A DNA stretch of 64,000 nt from Candidatus Micrarchaeota archaeon (GTDB lineage Archaea > Micrarchaeota > Micrarchaeia > Anstonellales > Anstonellaceae): NCBI GenBank assembly GCA_026396415.1, contig JAPLWX010000040.1, forward strand, positions 25,439 to 89,438, read 5' to 3'. Of this stretch, positions 57,180-64,000 are shown one piece after another (within the stretch, counting starts at the first letter, position 1; the number at the start of each line of letters is the position of its first letter). A model generated the notes under the pieces. That model was not told the DNA's origin and ran no database searches. It was given only the letters and a program-made list of their open reading frames with translations. The translations under genes and the position numbers were made by a program.

Positions 57180-57746
57180 CTACTCCCCTGCCGCCGTCCC
57201 GCCGCTTGCGCTTTCCGTCGCGCTCGCCTTCTGCCAGTCTTCCTCAAAAACAGAAACAAGCTCCGCCACTTTCGCGCCCTCCACCTCCACTGCCGCCTCG
57301 CGGTTGTAGTTCAGCGCGCTTTCCGAGAAATTAATGCTGCCCACCAGCGCGCGCTTGCCGTCCACAATTATGAATTTCGAATGCGTGAGCTTGTAGGAAA
57401 AGCTCGCCCACCGGCCATCCACGCCAAGCGCGGCAAGCGTGTCGAACATCTTCTGCTTTCGCGAATCCTCCACGCGCGGCTCCAGTATCACGCACACCTT
57501 CACCCCGCGCTTCACGGCATCGCCAAGCTCGCGCGCCATTGTGTCCGAGGTGAAAACATACATCTCTATGTCAATGCTTTCGCGCGCAGAGCGGATGAAG
57601 GAAACGACCTCGCCTTCCGCGCCTGGCGAGAAAACCATGGCAACCTTTGCATTGCAGCCAGCGCACGCGGCTGGCGGCAAGAGTGCGATGTAAAAAATGA
57701 GGATGGCGGCTAAAATCAGGAGTAGGCATATTGCGGTTTCTTTCAT
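57180..57746 (-). CDS. Phospholipase D-like (single HKD, Nuc-type) membrane-anchored protein
   Basis: N-terminal TM; SIDIEMY; THSKFIIVDG..VGSINFS..NREA. Confidence 0.9.
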   Translation of the reverse strand: MKETAICLLLILAAILIFYIALLPPAACAGCNAKVAMVFSPGAEGEVVSFIRSARESIDIEMYVFTSDTMARELGDAVKRGVKVCVILEPRVEDSRKQKMFDTLAALGVDGRWASFSYKLTHSKFIIVDGKRALVGSINFSESALNYNREAAVEVEGAKVAELVSVFEEDWQKASATESASGGTAAGE

Positions 57747-57787
57747 TCCCCATTCTGTTTTTCCCATATTCGTACGCCAGCAGCTTT

Positions 57788-60700
57788 CTACTTCTTCCCA
57801 TACTCGTCAATCCGCTCAAGCGACTGCGTCTTTCCGTGCGAGTGCTCTATCGCCTGCACCAGCGCCTCGCACGCCTCGAAGTTCGTGATGCACGGGATGC
57901 CGTGCTCCAGGCACGCGCGGCGTATCCTAAAGCCGTCCGTGCTTGCCACCTTGCCCTTTTTCGGCGTGTTGAAGACGAGGTGTATCTTTCCCTTCTTTAT
58001 CTCCGATATGATGTTCGGCTCGCCATCGTCTATCTTCTTGAGCATGATGATATTCTTGCCAAGGTGCGTCGCAGTGGAGGGCGTGGCATAGACCTCAAAG
58101 CCCATTTTCTGGAGCACCACTGCAAGCGGCGCCGCGCGCTCCTTGTCGCCGTCCTTGAGGGATATCGCGACCCCGCCGCTCTCGGGGATTTTCAGGTTCG
58201 CGCCCAGGAGCGCCTTCATGAACGCCATTGGGAAATGCACGTCCGCGCCCATGGATTCGCCGGTGGATTTCATTTCCGGGCCAAGCACGGTGTCGCTTCC
58301 GGGAAGCTTCAGGAACGGGAACACCACGCCTTTCACGGCATAGTGCGCCATCTTCGGCATGTCTGCACCAGCGCCGATGTCCTTCAGTTTCTTCCCCATT
58401 ATCACCTGCATGGCAAGCTTCACAAGCGGCACGCCGGTCGCCTTTGAGAGGAAAGGCATGGTCCGCGAGCCGCGCGGGTTTGCCTCAAGCACGAAAACAA
58501 CGTCGTCCTGCACCACGTATTGTATGTTGATGGCGCCCACGGTCTGCAGCGCCAGCGCGATTTTCTCGGAGAAATCAAGTATCTGCTTCTGCACCTCCTT
58601 CTTCAGCCGCACGCAGGGCACCACGTTGTTTGCGTCGCCCGAGTGCACGCCCGCCCTCTCCACATGCTCCATTATGCCGCCGACAAACAGATGCTCGCTG
58701 TCGGCAACGCCGTCTATCTCGCACTCGATTGCGCGCTCAATGTACTTGTCAATGAGCACGGGTTTTTTCTCCGAAACATCCACCGCCTCGCCGATGTATT
58801 TTTTCATCTCGTCATTATCATAGACAATCTGCATGCCCCTGCCGGCAATCACGTAGGAGGGGCGCACCACAATGGGGTAGCCAATCCTTTCCGCAACAGC
58901 AAGCGCTTCCTCCAAATTCGTGGCAGTGCCGTTCTCAGGCTGGCGGATGCCAAGCTCGTGCAGCAGCACCTTGAATTTCTCCCTGTCCTCGGCAACATCA
59001 ATGCCGTCCATCTGCGTGCCAAGTATCCTCACGCCGTTCATGGACAGCTTCTGCGCAAGGTTTATCGAGGTCTGCCCGCCGAACTGCACCACCACTCCCT
59101 CGGGCTTCTCGTGCTCGATGATGTTCATCACGTCCTCGTAGGTGAGCGGCTCGAAGTACAGCCTGTCCGAAGTGTCAAAGTCCGTGCTCACGGTCTCGGG
59201 GTTGTTGTTCACCATGATGGACTCTATCCCCATTTCCCGCAGCGCGAACGCCGCGTGGCAGCAGCAGTAGTCGAACTCAATGCCCTGCCCAATCCTGATA
59301 GGGCCGCTGCCGATGATGAGCACCTTGCGCGCATCGGTGGGCACGCTCTCGTTCTCGCTTTCATAAGTGGAATAGTAATACGGCGTCCTTGCCTCGAATT
59401 CCGCAGCGCAGGTGTCCACCATCTTGTAAACGGGCAGCACGCCGTGCTTCTTCCTCATCTGGCGCACCATCTCCGCCTCCTGCCCGATGACAGAGGCAAT
59501 CTGCTCGTCCGAGTAGCCCATCCTCTTGGCATCAAGCAGCACTTCCCTTCCGAACACTTCCCGCTTCAGCCGCCTCTCCACGTCCACATAGTCGGCAAGC
59601 CTGTCCAGGAACCACATGTGTATGTTTGTCATCTCGGAAATCCTTTTCCTGTCCCAGCCCGCACGGAGCGCGTCGAGTATGGCGTACATCCTAAGGTCGG
59701 TTGGAGCTGTCATGTGCCGCTCCCAATCCGCCTTTTCCACTTTTGCCTTTTTCATCTCCACAGAGCGCAGCGCCTTGCCAAACGCCTCCTCAAACGTCCT
59801 GCCTATCGCCATTGTTTCCCCGGTGGACTTCATCTGCGTGCCAATCACTCGGCTGCTCTCAGGTATCTTGTCAAAAGGCCATCTCGGAATTTTCACCACG
59901 CAATAGTCCAGCGCAGGCTCGAATGCGGCGGGCGTGGTCTTCGTCACCGCGTTCTTTATCTCGTGCAATCCCATGCCCAGCGCAATCTTGGCAGCCACCC
60001 TCGCAATGGGGTAGCCTGTTGCCTTGCTCGCAAGCGCGGAGGAGCGGGACAGGCGCGGGTTCACTTCCACTACGACATACTCGCCAGTTTTTTGGTTGAG
60101 CGCGAACTGTATGTTGCATCCTCCCTCGATGCCAAGCGCCCGGATAATCTTTATCGCCGCGCTTCTGAGCATCTGGTGCTCGTCGTCGGAAAGCGTTTGC
60201 GATGGCGCCACCACCACGGACTCGCCGGTGTGCACGCCCATGGGATCCACGTTCTCCATGTTGCAAATCGTGATGCAGTTGTCATGCCCGTCCCTCATCA
60301 TCTCGTACTCGAACTCGCCCCAGCCAAGCACCGATTCCTCGACAAGTATCTGGTGCGTGGGGGAGAGCGTGAAGCCAAGCTCGAGAAGCGCCTCGAATTC
60401 CTGCTGGTTCCTCGCAATGCCGCCTCCCGTGCCCCCCAGCGTATAAGCAGGGCGGAGAATGAGCGGGAATGGGTGCTTCTTCGAGAATGCGTACGCCTCC
60501 TTCTTGCTGTTCGCAGCCACGCTGTCAGGTATCGGCTCATTTATCTCCTTCATGAGCTGCCGGAATTTGCCCCTGTCCTCGGCCTTCTCAATCGCGTCGA
60601 TGCCGGTGCCCAGCAATTCCACGCCGTATTTCTTCAGCACGCCCTTCTCGTGCAGCTCCACCGCCAGGTTCAGCCCTGTCTGCCCGCCCATGGTGGCTAT

Positions 60701-60958
60701 GATGCCGTCAGGCTTCTCCTTCGCGATTATCCTTTCGATGAAATCCGCGCGCAGCGGCTCAATATATACTATATCCGCTATCTCCTTGTCCGTCTGGATG
60801 GTGGCAGGGTTGGAATTCACCACCACCACCTTCACGCCCTCCTGGCGCAGCGACTGGCATGCCTGCGAGCCCGAGTAGTCGAACTCGGCAGACTGCCCGA
60901 TGACAATCGGCCCGCTGCCAATCACCAGCACTTTCTTGATGTCCGTCCTTTTTGGCAT
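57788..60958 (-). CDS. carB: Carbamoyl-phosphate synthase large subunit
   Basis: MPKRTDIKKVLVIGSGPIVIGQSAEFDYSG, two ATP-grasp halves, GQGIEFDYCC, MGS domain. Confidence 0.98.
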   Translation of the reverse strand: MPKRTDIKKVLVIGSGPIVIGQSAEFDYSGSQACQSLRQEGVKVVVVNSNPATIQTDKEIADIVYIEPLRADFIERIIAKEKPDGIIATMGGQTGLNLAVELHEKGVLKKYGVELLGTGIDAIEKAEDRGKFRQLMKEINEPIPDSVAANSKKEAYAFSKKHPFPLILRPAYTLGGTGGGIARNQQEFEALLELGFTLSPTHQILVEESVLGWGEFEYEMMRDGHDNCITICNMENVDPMGVHTGESVVVAPSQTLSDDEHQMLRSAAIKIIRALGIEGGCNIQFALNQKTGEYVVVEVNPRLSRSSALASKATGYPIARVAAKIALGMGLHEIKNAVTKTTPAAFEPALDYCVVKIPRWPFDKIPESSRVIGTQMKSTGETMAIGRTFEEAFGKALRSVEMKKAKVEKADWERHMTAPTDLRMYAILDALRAGWDRKRISEMTNIHMWFLDRLADYVDVERRLKREVFGREVLLDAKRMGYSDEQIASVIGQEAEMVRQMRKKHGVLPVYKMVDTCAAEFEARTPYYYSTYESENESVPTDARKVLIIGSGPIRIGQGIEFDYCCCHAAFALREMGIESIMVNNNPETVSTDFDTSDRLYFEPLTYEDVMNIIEHEKPEGVVVQFGGQTSINLAQKLSMNGVRILGTQMDGIDVAEDREKFKVLLHELGIRQPENGTATNLEEALAVAERIGYPIVVRPSYVIAGRGMQIVYDNDEMKKYIGEAVDVSEKKPVLIDKYIERAIECEIDGVADSEHLFVGGIMEHVERAGVHSGDANNVVPCVRLKKEVQKQILDFSEKIALALQTVGAINIQYVVQDDVVFVLEANPRGSRTMPFLSKATGVPLVKLAMQVIMGKKLKDIGAGADMPKMAHYAVKGVVFPFLKLPGSDTVLGPEMKSTGESMGADVHFPMAFMKALLGANLKIPESGGVAISLKDGDKERAAPLAVVLQKMGFEVYATPSTATHLGKNIIMLKKIDDGEPNIISEIKKGKIHLVFNTPKKGKVASTDGFRIRRACLEHGIPCITNFEACEALVQAIEHSHGKTQSLERIDEYGKK

Positions 60959-60972
60959 GTTTTCACTCGCGT

Positions 60973-61314
60973 TTATTTTTTGTCAATCTTTTCTTTTTTC
61001 CCTGTTTTCTTCGCCTTTTTGTCAAGCAAATGCACAAGAGCGCAGGCCAGAAGGTAGGATATTGCAATGTTAAATGCAAATGAAACCATGATAAGCGGAA
61101 TGTTGGGTTGATAGTTGCTGGGATAGAAAAAGGCTTGCGAAGCAGCAACGAGCTCTAGCTGGCTATTGTATGGAACACACCGCATGGAGCCGCCAGGGCC
61201 GCACTCAACATATGCTTGATAAGCAAGCACAGGGGCAAATAATGATAATGCAAATATTACGGCGGCAGCAATCACTTTCTTCCAGCTCGGTTTCAAAAAT
61301 TCCTTCCATTCCAT
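60973..61314 (-). CDS. Small 2-TM membrane protein inserted between carA and carB
   Basis: WKEFLKPSWKKVI, two TMs with a Cys-containing loop; AT-richer than flanks. Confidence 0.7.
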   Translation of the reverse strand: MEWKEFLKPSWKKVIAAAVIFALSLFAPVLAYQAYVECGPGGSMRCVPYNSQLELVAASQAFFYPSNYQPNIPLIMVSFAFNIAISYLLACALVHLLDKKAKKTGKKEKIDKK

Positions 61315-61333
61315 GCAAATCACTCAACAATCG

Positions 61334-62464
61334 TCAAATCATCGCAACAAACCTGTCGAACAGGTATTTCGAGTCGCACGGGCCGGGATTTGCCTCGGGG
61401 TGGTACTGCACCGCGAATATGGGCAGCTCCCTGTGCGCGATTCCCTCCACCGTGCCGTCCGTGAGGTTGGTGTGCGTCACGCGCCACTCCTTCCCCAGCC
61501 CTTTCTCATCCACGGCATAGCCATGGTTCTGCGTTGTTATCACGACTTTCTTCTCCCTCAGGTCCATCACGGGGTGGTTGCCCCCCCTGTGCCCGAACGG
61601 GAGCTTGTAGCATTTTGCCCCCGCAGCCTGCGCGAGCAGCTGGTTGCCAAGGCAAATCCCGAAAATCGGCAGATGGAAAAGCTTCTTCAGCTCCTCGGAT
61701 TGCTTCGCAAGCATGGCAGGGTCGCCAGGCCCGTTGGATGCCATTATGCCTTTTGGCGAGAATGCGAGGATTTCCTCGGCGCCTGTGTTCCACGGCACCA
61801 CCACGACTTCCACGCCGCGCCTGTTCATCTCGCGCACCATGCCCATCTTCACGCCATAGTCTATGAGCACCACCCTCTTGCGCCCCTTCCCATAGCTTGT
61901 TGCCTTTCCCACCGACACTTTCTCCACGAAATTGATTTTGGAATAGTCAAGCGCGCGCGCAAGCTTCAGCATTTCCTCCTTTTCCGCCGTGCCGTCCCCC
62001 TTCTCAAAAACAGCGATGCATGCGGGCATCACGCCGCTTGAGCGGATTTTCCTCACCACTGCGCGCGTGTCCAGCCCCCAGATGCCCGGCACGCCCTCCT
62101 CCTCCATCCTCCTCTGCAGGCTCTTGGCGCCCTTCACGTGGCGCGGCTCGCGGCAAAGCTCGCGGATGGCATACCCCTCCACGTGCATTTTCCCCGACTC
62201 GCACCAGTCGCGGCACATGCCATAGTTGCCGATAAGGGGGTATGCCATGGTGAGTATCTGCCCTGCATAGGAAGGGTCGGTGAGGCATTCCTCATAGCCT
62301 GTCATGTTGGTGGTGAAAACAGCCTCGCCCACGCGCCGCGCGCTCGCGCCAAAACCCCTGCCCTGAAAAACAGTGCCGTCGGAAAGCACAAGGAGTGCCT
62401 GCTTTTCCCCGTCATGCCTCGAGTTGCCTCGGGACAGGAAATTCTTCAGATCCAAAAACACCAA
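61334..62464 (-). CDS. carA: Carbamoyl-phosphate synthase small subunit
   Basis: LVLSDGTVFQG, TDPSYAGQI, SNGPGDP, FGICLGNQ, FGHRGGNHPV, QNHGYAV, VQYHPEA. Confidence 0.97.
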   Translation of the reverse strand: MVFLDLKNFLSRGNSRHDGEKQALLVLSDGTVFQGRGFGASARRVGEAVFTTNMTGYEECLTDPSYAGQILTMAYPLIGNYGMCRDWCESGKMHVEGYAIRELCREPRHVKGAKSLQRRMEEEGVPGIWGLDTRAVVRKIRSSGVMPACIAVFEKGDGTAEKEEMLKLARALDYSKINFVEKVSVGKATSYGKGRKRVVLIDYGVKMGMVREMNRRGVEVVVVPWNTGAEEILAFSPKGIMASNGPGDPAMLAKQSEELKKLFHLPIFGICLGNQLLAQAAGAKCYKLPFGHRGGNHPVMDLREKKVVITTQNHGYAVDEKGLGKEWRVTHTNLTDGTVEGIAHRELPIFAVQYHPEANPGPCDSKYLFDRFVAMI

Positions 62465-62547
62465 AACCCAAGAGTATCTGATGCATGGGAAATGAATTTA
62501 AACCTGGCAGTGCGCCCGTCGTGCAAATGAAAACGTGCTTATGGCGC

Positions 62548-62565
62548 CCGGATGCGCGCATCCGG
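62548..62565. repeat. Perfect 18-bp palindrome in divergent intergenic region
   Basis: CCGGATGCGCGCATCCGG. Confidence 0.7.
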
Positions 62566-62648
62566 CCCTATGTAGTTATCAGTGTTATAATGTGTATTTA
62601 TAAGCCTTTGCCATCATAATGCATAATAGAAGATATAGGGGGATATTT

Positions 62649-63902
62649 ATGAATAAGGGAATATTCAAGTTTCTCTCCCGCCATGACAAGCCTGAAAATA
62701 GGCAGCCTCTTGCTGATTTTGCAGGCAAGCCGTCCTCTGCCGCCTCACCCCTGAAAGACAATGGATATTATCTCCTTAGCATTAACAAGCCCCGCCAGGC
62801 TGAAAAGGAGTTCTCAACCGCGCTTGCGCGCGTTGATGCCGAGCTTTCAGTTTGCAATGAGGGCGGGAAGAAAACGCTGCTCGCACTCAAGGGCGAAATA
62901 CTCATTGGCTTGGGGCGCGCGCAAAGCCAGCGCAGGCCTGGCGATTCCCAGGCAGATGCGGATGCAACTGCGCTTCCCACATTCAGCGAGGCAATAGACG
63001 CCCTTCGCGAGTCAGGCAATCTTGAAATCCTGGCAGAGGCGCTTGTGCTCCGAAGCGGCGTGCAGGGCGGCAAGCGCAAGGCTGCAATGGGCGACTTGTA
63101 CGAGGCATGCAAAATACTTCAGCCGCTTCCAGGCAAGGCAAATCAAATAGAGGGCATGGCGCGCGCCTACGTTGAAATCAGCAAGGAATACGGAGAAGCT
63201 CCCATCCAGGAAAAGGCGCTTGAAATTCTGGCAATGCTTCCGCAGGATGACGAATGGGTGAAGGATAAAATCAGCGAGGCAAAAGGCTTGCTGGGCGATG
63301 CCATTGCCGCGAAGGAAAACGCAGCGCCAGCGGCAATACAGCTCCCGACCTCCGACCCGGCGCAAATCATCCCCCTCCTTCTCCGGATGGTTGCCAAATC
63401 GGAGATTGACGCCCACGCCCCGAAATATGCAAACGGCATCCCTGTGAAGCTCGAAGGGAGGGAAGATATCTTTACGGTCGTGCTTAACGGCCCCATCCCA
63501 AAAAATGCGATATTCGTACCATTCAATGCCGAGAAAGAGAAAGGCAGCCCTGTCCCGGAATACCTGCGCCGCGAGCATCTTGAATTTCAGGATAGGCTTG
63601 AAGACTGGAAGAACCGCAGCTTCATGGAATCCATCGACCCGAAGAACCGGCGTCAGGAGCTGCTGGACTTCCCGGAACCAAAGTTTGACGTCTCGAAGCC
63701 AGGCGCTGCCTCCCCATTTCTGCTCGACGGCTTGCGGCTGGTGCCGCAGGCAGACGTTCTTGCGAAAACCGACCCGAAAGCGGCTGCCGGAATTTACCGC
63801 CAGGCGCTGGAAATTTTGAGTAAAGCGAAGGAATACGGGGTGGTTGCCGAGCTGAAGCGGCGCATAGAGGATAAAATCGCCGGGTGCGGCGGCAAGCCAT
63901 AA
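62649..63902 (+). CDS. Hypothetical TPR-like helical protein
   Basis: GYYLLSINKPRQAEKEFSTAL, AAGIYRQALEI TPR-like helices; GGGGGA RBS and TTTATAA upstream. Confidence 0.7.
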   Translation: MNKGIFKFLSRHDKPENRQPLADFAGKPSSAASPLKDNGYYLLSINKPRQAEKEFSTALARVDAELSVCNEGGKKTLLALKGEILIGLGRAQSQRRPGDSQADADATALPTFSEAIDALRESGNLEILAEALVLRSGVQGGKRKAAMGDLYEACKILQPLPGKANQIEGMARAYVEISKEYGEAPIQEKALEILAMLPQDDEWVKDKISEAKGLLGDAIAAKENAAPAAIQLPTSDPAQIIPLLLRMVAKSEIDAHAPKYANGIPVKLEGREDIFTVVLNGPIPKNAIFVPFNAEKEKGSPVPEYLRREHLEFQDRLEDWKNRSFMESIDPKNRRQELLDFPEPKFDVSKPGAASPFLLDGLRLVPQADVLAKTDPKAAAGIYRQALEILSKAKEYGVVAELKRRIEDKIAGCGGKP

Positions 63903-64000
63903 TCTGTTCCAATAGCCCGTGCCCCCCTTTCAGCCTTGCGCCCTAATGCCGTTTTATTAAATTTCCGCCATGAAATGGGTGCATGGCACAATCCCTCCGC

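Noticed and set aside
58520..61057. 845-aa plus-strand ORF and other long antisense ORFs (1084-2301, 4787-5725, 36977-38050, 54535-55401)
   Set aside because: They are antisense shadows of well-supported genes (carB, polB, polC, TPR-AAA, purH), expected with GC-rich codon usage, and carry no motifs.
1..64000. CRISPR array, tRNA or rRNA genes, or stop-codon reassignment
   Set aside because: No regularly spaced repeats or tRNA/rRNA signatures were seen in the short spacers. All three stop codons terminate conserved genes normally, so the PIN TAA is not recoding.

Overview
Gene-dense, GC-rich archaeal chromosome segment. It carries PolD (DP1 and DP2), topoisomerase VI, UPF0147, a KH rRNA-processing factor, TATA-box promoters and GGTG-type RBSs. 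The orphan genes and surface-protein motifs suggest a DPANN archaeon such as Micrarchaeota (inference). Housekeeping blocks are polB/polC, top6B/top6A, pyrD-pyrK-pyrC, an FKBP PPIase, nadM, purH and carA/carB. Standouts: (1) A ~13 kb minus-strand island (40157-53275) has two units driven by near-identical 54-bp promoter/operator elements. It encodes a tandem-AAA ATPase without an N-domain, a radical SAM enzyme, two unknown proteins, and five otherwise dissimilar helical proteins that share a gapless N-terminal motif, W-x8-P-[IV]-x-K-x2-P-x7-R-[ILM]. This is a candidate undescribed leader-directed processing/export system. (2) A 546-aa LAGLIDADG intein with an extra winged-helix-like insert sits immediately before the TOPRIM T-D-x-D motif of Top6A. 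(3) An 81-bp copy of the top6A 3' end, differing only at synonymous sites, brackets an orphan gene 1240 bp downstream. (4) Short duplications recur at gene termini. (5) A PIN toxin with a premature stop lies convergent on an RHH gene. (6) A CBS-HPF fusion is present. No rRNA, tRNA, CRISPR array, integrase or transposase was recognised. All calls are by-eye motif recognition with no database searches.
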